Of a DNA stretch of 34,097 bases, positions 20,000 through 31,850 are shown piece by piece. A program made the translations under genes and the position numbers. Source of the DNA: an uncultured Candidatus Saccharibacteria bacterium (lineage in GTDB: Bacteria > Patescibacteriota > Minisyncoccia > UBA6257 > JAKLIH01); NCBI GenBank assembly GCA_964651585.1, contig CAZYWI010000001.1:1-34097 (forward strand), in the 5' to 3' direction. The number at the start of each line of letters is the position of its first letter. The first letter of the stretch is position 1. The notes under the pieces are model-generated. The model saw nothing but the letters and a program-made list of their open reading frames with translations, made no database searches and was not told where the DNA came from.

Positions 20000-21199
20000 T
20001 TAGGCAATAATTTTGGTTACCACACCAGCACCGACCGTTTTTCCTCCTTCTCGAATAGCGAATTTTTGCTTTTCTTCAATAGCAACTGGCACTATTAATT
20101 TAACTTTAAAAGTAGCATTATCTCCTGGCATTACCATTTCTACTCCTTCTTTCAAGGCAATTTCACCTGTAACATCAGCAGCTCGAATGAAAAATTGTGG
20201 CTTATAACCACTAAAGAATGGGGTATGGCGTCCTCCTTCATCTTTAGAAAGAACATAAACTTCGGCTTCAAATTCTGTGTGGGGAGTAATGCTACCAGGT
20301 TTAGCTACAACTTGGCCTCTTCGGACTTCTTCTTTTTTGGTACCTCTTAAAAGAATACCAATATTGTCGCCCGCAACACCTTCTTCTAGGGTTTTGTTAA
20401 ACATTTCTACTCCAGTTGCAATAGTTTTAATGGTGGGAGTATAACCAACAATTTCTACTTCATCGTTCACTTTAATAGTACCTCTCTCAACACGTCCGGT
20501 CACTACAGTCCCCCTACCTTCAATGGTGAAAATATCTTCGATTGGCATCAAAAATGGCTTATCTTTATCACGAGTAGGCAAAGGAATATAAGTATCTAAA
20601 GCCTCTAATAATTGGAAAATTGGTTTAACTGCTTCATCGTCAACACTTTGCGCTTCTAAAGCTTTGAGAGCCGAACCTCTAATGACAGGTACTTCATTGC
20701 CAGGAAAACCATATTTAGTTAAAAGTTCTCTTACTTCAGCTTCAACTAAATCAACCAATTCTGGATCAGAAACAGCATCAACTTTATTCAAAAACACAAC
20801 AATTGCCGGCACTCCTACTTGACGAGCAAGTAAAACATGTTCTCTTGTTTGGGGCATTGGACCATCAACAGCAGAAACAACTAAAATAGCACCATCCATT
20901 TGAGAAGATCCGGTAATCATATTTTTAATGTAGTCAACATGTCCCGGACAATCAATATGAGCATAGTGACGATTTTCTGTTTCATATTCCGAGTGGTGAA
21001 CATTAATGGTAATACCACGGGCTTTTTCTTCGGGCGCTTTATCAATGTCATTCACAGTATATGTTTTATCAATTAAACCCTTTAAATGTAAAACATGTAA
21101 AATTGCTGCTGTCAATGTTGTTTTACCATGATCAATGTGCCCAATAGTACCCACGTTTAAGTGAGGTTTATTTCTCACAAATTTTGCTTTCTCAGCCAT
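20000..21199 (-). CDS. tuf: elongation factor Tu
   Basis: 399 aa intact ORF with [14 protein letters not shown] and NKVD GTPase motifs. Confidence 0.98.
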   Translation of the reverse strand: MAEKAKFVRNKPHLNVGTIGHIDHGKTTLTAAILHVLHLKGLIDKTYTVNDIDKAPEEKARGITINVHHSEYETENRHYAHIDCPGHVDYIKNMITGSSQMDGAILVVSAVDGPMPQTREHVLLARQVGVPAIVVFLNKVDAVSDPELVDLVEAEVRELLTKYGFPGNEVPVIRGSALKALEAQSVDDEAVKPIFQLLEALDTYIPLPTRDKDKPFLMPIEDIFTIEGRGTVVTGRVERGTIKVNDEVEIVGYTPTIKTIATGVEMFNKTLEEGVAGDNIGILLRGTKKEEVRRGQVVAKPGSITPHTEFEAEVYVLSKDEGGRHTPFFSGYKPQFFIRAADVTGEIALKEGVEMVMPGDNATFKVKLIVPVAIEEKQKFAIREGGKTVGAGVVTKIIA

Positions 21200-21296
21200 A
21201 ATTATTATTTATTTTTAATTTATTAAAATAATTAATATTTTATTTAAGGACCTAATAAAATGCATAAATAAAACATCCTTTTAAGGGAATAAATTA

Positions 21297-21325
21297 ATAT
21301 TAGCGAATTTATTAAAAAAAGTCAA
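21297..21325 (-). promoter_or_regulatory. candidate sigma70-type promoter for tuf-rpsJ
   Basis: Minus strand reads cTTGACTtt, 17 nt, TAATAT. The -35 context is the same as in the rpsL promoter. The -10 ends about 97 nt upstream of the tuf ATG. Confidence 0.6.
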
Positions 21326-21499
21326 GAGTTTAGAAAAAATTCTGAGCCACTTTTGCAAAATAAAAATTTCCAGAAAAATATTAAACTTCACGGTTTCAAG
21401 GACAAAAAGGCAAACTATAAATAAAAAGAAATGTACAAATTTTTAGAATTTTATATTAGAATAAAAATGAAATGCTTATTGTTTGATAATTTTCAGATT

Positions 21500-21526
21500 T
21501 GCTGTACGGATATTAAAAGTACGACT
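21500..21526. repeat. GTAC-rich motif, copy B (between the fusA terminator and the tuf promoter)
   Basis: Plus strand is TGCTGTACGgatattaaaaGTACGACT. The 9-mer TGCTGTACG is identical to 25000..25008, and TACGACT is identical to 5453..5459. Confidence 0.5.
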
Positions 21527-21533
21527 ATCTATA

Positions 21534-21564
21534 AAAATAGAGCTGAATTATTCAGTTCTATTTT
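21534..21564 (-). terminator. weak AT-rich hairpin downstream of fusA (possible terminator)
   Basis: 15-nt inverted arms AAAATAGAGCTGAAT/ATTCAGTTCTATTTT with one mismatch (A.C on the minus RNA). Flanked by T-runs and located about 50 nt after the fusA stop. Confidence 0.35.
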
Positions 21565-21612
21565 TAATCTCTATTTCTGACTTTTATTTTTGATTTTATC
21601 TTTTAAAAAATA

Positions 21613-23712
21613 TTAAGCATCTTTTTTTCCAATAATCGTTTCAGCAATATTTTGAGGTACTTCTTGATAATGATCGAATTCCATAGTAAACGTACCTCTA
21701 CCCTCAGTCATAGAACGCAAGTTTGTCACATAGCCAAACATTTCGGCTAAAGGTACAAAGGCATCTACTACTTTCATATTATATCTGTCTTGCATCCTTT
21801 CGATACGGCCTCGGCGAGCATTTAAATCTCCAATAACATCACCTAAAAATTTTTCTGGTACTACTACTTCCACTTTCATAATCGGCTCTAAAAGTACGGG
21901 CTTAGCCTTTTTAGCTGCGTCTTGAAAAGCCATAGAGCCAGCAATTTTAAAGGCGAAATCAGAAGAATCAACCTCGTGATAAGAGCCATCATATAATGTA
22001 ACCCTAACATCTGACATTGGGTAACCAGCTACAATCCCTTTTTCCATCGCCTCTTTAACACCTTTTTCTACTGCGGGAATAAATTCTTGAGGAATAATAC
22101 CACCTTTGATTTGATTAACAAACTCAAATCCTTTACCTCTCTCCAAGGGCTCGATTTTTAACCAGACATGACCATATTGACCATGACCGCCAGATTGACG
22201 AATATACTTACCCTCAGCTTCTGCAACTTCCTTAATAGTTTCTTTGTAAGCAACTTGGGGTTTACCAACATCAACATTAATATTAAATTCTCGGCGTAAT
22301 CTATCAACTATAATATCCAAATGCAATTCTCCCATACCAGAAATAATTGTATCCATAGTTTCTTCGTCGGTTTTCACTTTAAAAGTCGGATCTTCCTCGG
22401 CTAATTTTTTGAGTGACAAACTAATTTTTTCTTGATCAGCCTTTGTTTTAGGCTCCAATTTTAAAGAAATAACTGGCTCAGGAAAAGAAATTGATTCCAA
22501 AATAATAGGATTTTGCGGATCACATAAAGTATCTCCAGTTAAGGTGTATTTTAAACCTACTGTAGCCACGATGTCTCCAGCACTAACATCATCAATTTCT
22601 TCGCGCTTATTAGAAAACATTCTAATTAAACGAGAGATTCTTTCAGTCTGACCTTTGCTACTATTATATATGTAGCTTCCTTTTGTTAATTTTCCCGAAT
22701 AAACTCTAAAATAAGTTAAAGAACCAACATAAGGATCGGTTGCCAATTTAAAAACCAAGGCGCTAAAGGGTTCGTTCTCATCAGACTTTCTAATAGTAGT
22801 TTCTCCAGTACGAGGATCAATGCCCTCAATTGGGGGTAAATCTAAGGGGGAGGGCAAATATTCAACTACACCATCCAAAACACACTGTACTCCTTTATTT
22901 TTAAAAGCTGAACCGCAAAAAACTGGTACTAATTTATAATTAATAACAGATTTTCTTAGTGAAGCCATAATTTCTTCTTCGCTAATCGGCTCTTCATTTA
23001 AATATTTATGAAGTAAATTATCATCTTGATCAGCAACTTTTTCCACTAAGATGTTGTGATATTCTCAAGCTTTATTTTTTAGATCTTCTGGAATTTCGGT
23101 ATTAATAACTTGCTCGCCATGCTCTCCATGAAATTCAACTTTTTTCATTCGAATTAAATCAACCACACCCTCAAATTTATCTTCTTTACCAATGGGAATA
23201 TTTAAAGCCACAGCGTTAGGTGTAAGTTTTTCTTTAATAGATTGAAAGCTTGCTTCAAAATCAGCACCTAAACGATCCATTTTATTAATGAAACAAATTC
23301 TTGGCACCGAATATTTATCAGCCTGATGTCAAACTGTTTCTGACTGTGGTTCAACACCAGCAACGCCATCAAAAACAACTACAGCACCATCTAAAACCCT
23401 CAAAGATCTTTGCACCTCGGCAGTAAAATCAATATGGCCAGGAGTATCGATGATATTAATTTTGTGTTTAAAGTTGGCGTCGTTATTTCTATAAGTAGGG
23501 GTTCAAAAGCAAGTTGTTGAAGCTGCCGTAATCGTAATACCTCTTTCTCTCTCTTGCGCCATTCAATCCATAATTGCTGCTCCCTCGTGAACTTCTCCAA
23601 TTTTATGAGAAAGACCCGTATAAAACAAAATACGCTCTGTGGTCGTTGTTTTACCAGCATCAATGTGAGCAATAATACCAATATTTCTTAGTTTTTCTAA
23701 AGGATACTCCAT
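21613..23712 (-). CDS. fusA: elongation factor G
   Basis: 699 aa. It runs from ATG at 23712 ([23 protein letters not shown]) through TGA at 23563 (MD-W-M), 23503 (CF-W-TP), 23329 (ETV-W-HQA) and 23065. The first three are conserved EF-G Trp positions. Confidence 0.97.
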
Positions 23713-23782
23713 ATTAATAAAATTAAAATTAAAAATATCTACGTTTATCTGCGTAGAAAATTAAATATCTCAGTATTAAATT

Positions 23783-24253
23783 TTACTGTCGACGAGCAAA
23801 ATGGGCAAAAGCCTTATTGGCCTCAGCCATTCTTTGAACATCATTCTTTTTTTTCATAGCAGTACCTTCGCCTTTATAAGCGGAGATAATTTCTTCAGCA
23901 AGTTTCTCGCTAAATGACTTACCTTTCTTTTGATTAGCAACTTGAATAATTCAACGCATTGCTAAAGTTACTTTTCTTTCTCCAGATACAGGCGTAGGCA
24001 CCTGATAATTAGCTCCTCCAATACGCACACTTCTCACTTCTAAATTAGGAGCCACATTGGCAATCGCTGTTTCCAAGACATTTAACGGCTCTTGTTTCAT
24101 TTGCTTCTCAATGATATCTAAGGCTTTATAAATATTTTTTCTACTAATATTTTTCTTGCCTTTTCGATTTGACATATTTATTAATTTGGAAACAGTATAA
24201 CTTTGATATTTTAAATCCGGTTTATATTTTTTTTGATCAATTACTAAATCCAT
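23783..24253 (-). CDS. rpsG: 30S ribosomal protein S7
   Basis: 156 aa. ORF 23951..24253 continues through TGA at 23951 (LAMR-W-IIQVA, conserved R-W) to TAA at 23783 (..[15 protein letters not shown]). Confidence 0.95.
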
Positions 24254-24309
24254 AAAACAAATTTAATTAGTATATAAGTTTTAAGAATCAATGCTGGTTT
24301 ATAACTAAA

Positions 24310-24326
24310 AGCTATCACCTAGCCCC
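24310..24326 (-). repeat. 17-nt GC-rich element in the rpsL-rpsG intercistronic spacer (copy 1)
   Basis: Plus strand AGCTATCACCTAGCCCC matches 24911..24927 (AGCTTTTACCTAGCCTC) at 14 of 17 positions, including the exact 8-mer ACCTAGCC. Confidence 0.45.
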
Positions 24327-24337
24327 TATAAGCTATT

Positions 24338-24748
24338 TTATTTAGCTCGTTTGGCTCCATATTTGCTTCTTTGTTGCTTGCGACCCTCAACTCCAGAAGC
24401 ATCATATTTACCTCGGACAATATGATATTTTACTCCAGGTAAATCTTTAACTCTGCCACCTCGTACCAAAACAATGGAGTGCTCCTGCAAATTATGGCCA
24501 ATGCCAGGAATATAGGCAGTTACTTCCTGACCATTAGATAATCTTACTCTCGCTACTTTTCTTAAGGCAGAATTTGGCTTTTTGGGTGTAGTAGTAAAAA
24601 CTTTAATACATACTCCTTTTTTATAGGGAGAATCATATTGACTCGGCTTATTTTTCTTAATATTGAAGCCAAAGTTTAAAGCACGAGATTTTGATTTTTT
24701 TTCAATCTCTTTTCTCCCTTTTTTAATGAGTTGATTAATTGTTGGCAT
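24338..24748 (-). CDS. rpsL: 30S ribosomal protein S12
   Basis: 136 aa, [32 protein letters not shown]. Confidence 0.98.
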   Translation of the reverse strand: MPTINQLIKKGRKEIEKKSKSRALNFGFNIKKNKPSQYDSPYKKGVCIKVFTTTPKKPNSALRKVARVRLSNGQEVTAYIPGIGHNLQEHSIVLVRGGRVKDLPGVKYHIVRGKYDASGVEGRKQQRSKYGAKRAK

Positions 24749-24792
24749 TTTAGTAAATAAAAATTAAATATTATAAGCTAATTAATAAAAAT

Positions 24793-24821
24793 ATTTTACC
24801 AAATAATAATTAGAAAGTCAA
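24793..24821 (-). promoter_or_regulatory. candidate sigma70-type promoter for rpsL-rpsG-fusA
   Basis: Minus strand reads cTTGACTtt, 17 nt, TGgTAAAAT (extended -10). The -10 ends about 45 nt upstream of the rpsL ATG. Confidence 0.6.
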
Positions 24822-24846
24822 GATTTGTAACAATAAAGTAATAAGG

Positions 24847-24870
24847 AGAGCAGCCCCAAAGGGCTGCTCT
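24847..24870 (-). terminator. GC-rich hairpin (probable terminator of the gyrB transcript or of an unannotated RNA)
   Basis: Perfect 10-bp stem AGAGCAGCCC/GGGCTGCTCT with a 4-nt loop. The minus-strand tail is CCUUAUUACUUUAUU. It lies immediately upstream of the rpsL promoter. Confidence 0.5.
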
Positions 24871-24910
24871 TGGGATAAAATCTTGAGGCCTCCACGGTTA
24901 TAGCATTGTG

Positions 24911-24927
24911 AGCTTTTACCTAGCCTC
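24911..24927 (-). repeat. 17-nt GC-rich element (copy 2) inside a GC-rich island upstream of the rpsL promoter
   Basis: See 24310..24326. It is embedded in 24871..24935, which is much more GC-rich than the surrounding spacer and contains the palindrome GAGGCCTC (24885..24892). Confidence 0.45.
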
Positions 24928-24989
24928 GTTTATAAAATATCAAATTTTTCACAATTTTTCAAATTTTATTTTTAAATTTTTAAAATATT

Positions 24990-25013
24990 TTGTACGTGCT
25001 GCTGTACGTACAA
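24990..25013. repeat. GTAC-rich palindromic motif, copy C (downstream of gyrB, upstream of the str promoter)
   Basis: Plus strand is TTGTACGtgctgctgtaCGTACAA, with 7-bp inverted arms and a 10-nt spacer. It contains the palindrome TGTACGTACA and the 9-mer TGCTGTACG shared with copy B. Confidence 0.5.
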
Positions 25014-25199
25014 AAAATTTATGTTTTTTAACTGCTATAAATTATTACTTATCAATTATATTAGTTTTTATATTTGAATCAAATAGTAATTTTTATCAGG
25101 ATAGCAATCGAAATAAATCTTGAAACATATAAATTTTGCCCTTTACTTCTTTTATTTTGAATTTATTCAGTCCGGATAATTGTTCCTCTTATAAATATA

Positions 25200-27308
<2,109 letters not shown>

Positions 27309-27385
27309 TTAAGATCTAAAATTTGTATTACAGTTAATTTATGATAAAAATTAATAAAACATTAAGAAAATCTTTACCCACCATT

Positions 27386-29452
27386 TTATCTAATCTTTCA
27401 GCCTTGCTTTTTTAATTTTTCTATAATTTTATGGAGGTCCTGATTAATTTCATCATCGGTGAGAGTGTGAGTGTCGCTTCGGAAAACCAAATGAAAAGAG
27501 ACGCTCTTTCCCTCTTTTAAGCCTTCATAAATATCAAAAATATCTACATCAGCTAAATTACGACACTTAGCCGCTTTAATAGTTTGCTCAATATCTTGAA
27601 TAAAAGTATTTTCCGGCACCAAAATAGCGATATCCCTGATACTTGATGGATACTTTGGTAAGGGTTGGAATTCAAGCTCACGCTTTACTAATTGATATAG
27701 AGATTCTAAGTTAAATTCAGCTAAAACAACTGCTGGCTCTTGATGCTCTCTAATAAGACTATAAGCTTCTAAAATTTTGCTTTTAGGCACAAATAAAGCA
27801 CCGAGAAATTGATTTTTGCTATTGTAAAATACAATATTATGGCTTTCTAAAATAAATGGGGCATAGCGATTCAAAAAATTTGTTGGTAATTGATTGGAAA
27901 TGAAATAATCTTCGCTACCAATACCAAAAGATTCAAATAATCTCTCGATTATGCCTTTTGCTTCTAAAAGCAAAGTTGAGACCGCAGCCTTGGAATTGCA
28001 TAGACCAAAACTATAGGTATCGACCTCGTTTACTGCTTTACCAACAGCAAAAAAGTTTTTGGCAATTTCAAAAATTCTCGGTTCAAAAAAATATTTATTA
28101 TTAATACTTAGAGATCGTAAACTTGAAACTAAAGAAAAAGGACGAAGATATTTATAAGAAGAAGAAAGGGGGTTTTTAAGTTTAATTAATTGAGAAAGTG
28201 CTGATGGATCAAAAAATTTCTCTTCTTTAGCGCCTATAAAATGATAATCCATCACCTCTGATAACCCAAACCCTAAAGAATAATCTTTTAAAAGTTGCTT
28301 AAAATTATAAAAATCATTTTCTTGAGGGGGAATTAAATCAACTTGAGGCACTTGAGCTTTAATATTATTAAAACCATAAATGCGGCCGATTTCTCCAATT
28401 AAATCATTATCGTCAGAAAGATCTTGCCTTCAATAAGGAATGATTGCGAGATATAAATTCTTGTTTTTTCTTATAAAATTTATTTCTAATTTATGAAATA
28501 CTTGTTCTAAAAATTTTGGCTTGATATCAAATCCCAAAAACTCGCTAGTTTTTTCGATATTTAAAATAATAACCTTAGGCTTTGATTTCATTTTACTGGC
28601 TTCAATAGCTGGCCCACAAATTATGCCATAATGATATTTCTGAATTAACTGAGCAGCTCTTTGTAGGGCTTCTGCCGTTAATTCTTTTGGTAAATTATGA
28701 GAAAATCTTATCGAAGCATCGGTAATTAAATTAAGATTTTTTGAAGTTGTATAAATTAGCGAGGAATCAAAATTAGCGCTTTCTAAAACAATATTTTGAG
28801 TATACTTGGAAATTTCTGCCTCTTTACCTCCCTTAATTCCAGCAATGGCTAAAGGCTTCTCTGAATCGGCAATCACTAAAATATTTTGATTTAAACTTAT
28901 AGACCTGTTATCTAAAGTAGTGATTTTTTCGTCTTGTTGGGCGCGCCTGACAACAATTTTATGAGATGAAATTTTGTCATAGTCAAAAGCATGCATTGGT
29001 TGATTATATTCCAGCATTATAAAATTAGTAAGATCAACGATGTTGTTAATCGGACGCAGGCCACAAGAAATTAACTTTTCCCGAATTTCAAGAGGTGACT
29101 GGCAAATTTTCACATCACTTATGAGCAACCCGCAATACTGTAAACAATCGTTGGTATTTTGGATTTCGATGGCTAAATCATCTGATTGGTTTGTAGTAAT
29201 TTTAATTGGTTGCCTGATTACCGGAGATTTAAAATTCAAGTTTAAAAAAGCAGCAATATCTCTTGCTAAATGCAAGTGGCCACCTAAATCAGCAAAGCGA
29301 TTCACGGCTATATCAATTTCTAAGATAAAGTCTTTGCCTTGTTTGCGTAGCGTTGTTTCCCCAATATAATAATTTAAAATGTCAGCTAGTTCTTTAGCTT
29401 CTGGCAAATTATGAGGAATAAATTCTTTTAACCAATTATATGAATATTTCAT
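27386..29452 (-). CDS. pheT: phenylalanine--tRNA ligase beta subunit (lacks the N-terminal OB/tRNA-binding B2 domain)
   Basis: 688 aa from ATG at 29452 (MKYSYNWLKEF). TGA at 28430 gives IIPY-W-RQDL (E. coli PS-W-RFD). TGA at 27398 is read through to TAA at 27386 (..KKQG-W-KIR). Confidence 0.93.
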
Positions 29453-29610
29453 AATTAAATATTTAATCAAAAACTTCTTGAAAATAAAAGCTCATCTTTG
29501 ACGGAAATATAAAAAACGAAATTATAGCTTTACCCTCCATCTATTTATTTTTTTTATTTTTCATATCAAAGATCTATACAAACGAATGCATCATTAGCGG
29601 GCATATCTCT

Positions 29611-30687
29611 TTATTTTATATCCACTGCCTTTCGAACGGGCTTCGTAATTATTCCTGAATTAAAAACCCTGATATCATCAATACCATATTTTATCATGGT
29701 AAATCTTTCGAGCCCTAAGCCAAAAGCAAACCCTTCGTAATTATAATCGGCTCAATTCGCATAACGATAAAGATTTTTGTGCACCATACCAGCACCTAAT
29801 ACTTCCATTCAGCCGCTACCCCCACAAAGACGACAATTTTTATTTCTGCCTTGACATTTAAAACAAGAAATATCCATCTGCAAACCGGGACTTACAAAAG
29901 GAAAATAACTTGGCAAGAATCTAATTTTAATCTCTTTGCCAAAAATAGTTTTTGCTAATGCTTCCATAATATATTTAAAATTTGCCAAGCTAATTTTTTT
30001 ATCTACCATTAAACCTTCTATTTGCCGAAACTGAAAATCATGACGCGCGTCAGTAGCTTCGTAACGATAACAAACACCGGGCACAATAATTTTGATGGGC
30101 GGATTATTTTTTTCCATATATCTCATTTGCACTGGACTAGTATGAGTACGCAACAATAAATTCGTGGCCTTATATGGATAATCAGCTGAATAATTATTTA
30201 ATTTAAGCCCGTCTTCTAATCAAAAAGTGTCTCACATATCCCTCGCTGGATGATTTTTGGGTATGTTTAAGGCATCAAAATTATAATATTCACTTTCCAC
30301 TTCAGGTCCTTCAATAACCTCAAATCCTAATTTAGAAAAAAATTTTAATATTTCTCTCTCCATTAAGGTCTCAAGATTAAGAGAGCCTAGGTTTTGCTTT
30401 TTACCCGGTTGGGTATAATCAAACAATAAATTAGATTTTTCTTCTGTGTAATTGGCGCGCAATTCTTGATAAGTAGCCTGTAATTTTTGTTTCAGCTGAT
30501 TCAGGGCTGGACCCAACTTTTTTTTCTCCTCAGTGGCTAAATCTTTAAGCTCTTCAAAAAAAGAGACCAATTTTCCTCTCCTTCCTAAATATTTGATGCG
30601 CCACTCTTCTAGAGTGTTGCTATCTTTAATATTTTTGGCTTCTTCAAGAATTTTCGCTTCTCAATTTTTAATATCATCTAAATTCAT
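29611..30687 (-). CDS. pheS: phenylalanine--tRNA ligase alpha subunit
   Basis: 358 aa. In-frame TGA at 30661, 30232 (HPARDM-W-DTF), 30220, 29809 ([15 protein letters not shown], conserved G-W) and 29752. Class II motifs are present. Confidence 0.95.
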
Positions 30688-30720
30688 AAAGATAAACTAA
30701 AACATTATTTTAATATAATA

Positions 30721-30749
30721 ATTTTAGCAAATTTTCAATATTTATGCAA
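30721..30749 (-). promoter_or_regulatory. candidate sigma70-type promoter for pheST
   Basis: Minus strand reads TTGCAT, 17 nt, TGcTAAAAT. The -10 ends 34 nt upstream of the pheS ATG. Confidence 0.6.
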
Positions 30750-30771
30750 GCCCTGAATGACTCTGAATATC

Positions 30772-30804
30772 CCAAAAACAGCCACTTAGAGTGGCTGTTT
30801 TTGG
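30772..30804 (-). terminator. intrinsic (bidirectional-type) terminator
   Basis: Perfect 14-bp stem CCAAAAACAGCCAC/GTGGCTGTTTTTGG with a 5-nt loop. The GC core CAGCCAC is flanked by A5/T5 runs, so a U-tract follows it on either strand. Confidence 0.6.
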
Positions 30805-30945
30805 TTCTTTTCTAAATTAAAGACGGGCCTCATTATAGTTTTTATTCAAAGCTATAATTTATCAATATCTTAAATTCCAGAATCACCTTCATATTTAATC
30901 ATATTGAATAATTTAGATATTAATTATATTAATTAACTGATATAT

Positions 30946-30972
30946 AGTATAGCATATTTTTCAAAAAATCAA
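30946..30972 (-). promoter_or_regulatory. candidate orphan promoter in the radical-SAM/pheS spacer
   Basis: Minus strand reads TTGATT, 15 nt, TGcTATACT. The extended -10 has the same TGcTAtACT form as the secA promoter, but the -35 spacing is sub-optimal. Confidence 0.35.
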
Positions 30973-30987
30973 GGGGTATATCATCCC

Positions 30988-31031
30988 TTACAGATATTTA
31001 CATATTCTTGGGGATATGTAAATATCTGTAA
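30988..31031. repeat. perfect 18-bp inverted repeat abutting the radical-SAM stop codon
   Basis: TTACAGATATTTACATAT, loop tcttgggg, ATATGTAAATATCTGTAA. The arm begins 1 nt after the TAG stop (31032..31034). Confidence 0.6.
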
Positions 31032-31808
31032 CTATGTTCTATTATGAATAACCAAATCCTCATATTTTATCCCCGATTTTTTAATAATCTCTTGACATTC
31101 TTGAATATATTTAGCCATCAATTTTTTATCCTGCAAAATCTTCAAACTGTCTGGATATTCTTTTTTCATCATAGTCACAAATTCTGAACCAGCGCCCCTC
31201 AAATTCATAAATTCAAATCAGTAATAATAAGTATAATTTTTGGTGATATTAATAACTTTTTCTAAGTTAATTAATTTTGGGATAATGGGACTAATAAAAG
31301 CATAAGTCTTAATCCCACTTTGATATAATATTTTTAAGGCTTCAATTCGTAATTTATTCGGGGGAGTAAATGGCTCCATTAAATTTTTTGTTTTTCCGTC
31401 AAAATTATTAATTGTTAATCCAACTTCGATATTGGGAAACTGTTTAAACAAATCTATGTCTCGTAAAACTAAATTTGATTTAGTTAAAATAGACAATCGA
31501 ATATTTCTATCTAAATTTTCTAATATCTTTCTTGTTAATTTTAACTTTTGTTCTATGGGCTGATAGGGATCAGACATAGAGCTCATAAAAACCTCGCCTT
31601 TTACTTTTTTATGTTTTGCTAACTCCGGAGCATTCATTTTGGCTTCAACCCACATTCCCCATTTTCCGTATTGTTTTCAACGACAAATAAATTTAGCATA
31701 ACAATAAGTACAGGCATGTTGACAACCAACATACTGATTTAAAGTATAATCACAACCTAATTTTGTTTTTGTATATATTTCTTTGGCTTGAGTTTTAACA
31801 AGCTCCAT
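31032..31808 (-). CDS. radical SAM protein, SplB/DNA-photolyase-like (COG1533-type)
   Basis: 258 aa from ATG at 31808. The CxxxCxxC cluster sits in the family-typical context YVGCQHACTYCYA. In-frame TGA at 31677 and 31218. TAG stop at 31032. Confidence 0.7.
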
Positions 31809-31850
31809 ATAGTTTTTTCATTTCCGTAATTGCTTTATTTTAACTCTGCT

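Noticed and set aside
23400-23681. 93-aa minus-strand ORF from the track ([14 protein letters not shown]...).
   Set aside because: It is an alternative frame inside the fusA N-terminal GTPase region. The correct frame, with three TGA=Trp codons, gives a canonical EF-G G-domain.
24840-24940. The GC-rich island as a tRNA or SRP (4.5S) RNA; AAGAGCAGCC resembles the SRP domain IV AAGCAGCC.
   Set aside because: There is no cloverleaf and no GTTCGAATC-like T-arm. The AGCAGCC string is locked in a perfect hairpin with a UUUG/CAAA loop rather than the GNRA tetraloop and symmetric-loop architecture of SRP RNA.
24908-25123. 71-aa plus-strand ORF in the gyrB-rpsL spacer.
   Set aside because: It has a GTG start, is a Phe/Ile/Asn/Tyr low-complexity product of AT-rich DNA, runs across the GTAC motif and has no promoter context. 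It is most likely spurious.
29453-29470. An upstream TTG start for pheT at 29470 (MIKYLIMKYSYNW).
   Set aside because: The canonical PheT N-terminus is MK.S..WL. The ATG at 29452 gives exactly that, and the rest of the window prefers ATG starts.
30688-30987. A T-box riboswitch or Phe-rich leader-peptide attenuator controlling pheST.
   Set aside because: There is no T-box consensus (GGTGGTACCGCG-like). The small ORFs are not Phe-rich. The best pheS promoter lies downstream of the terminator hairpin.
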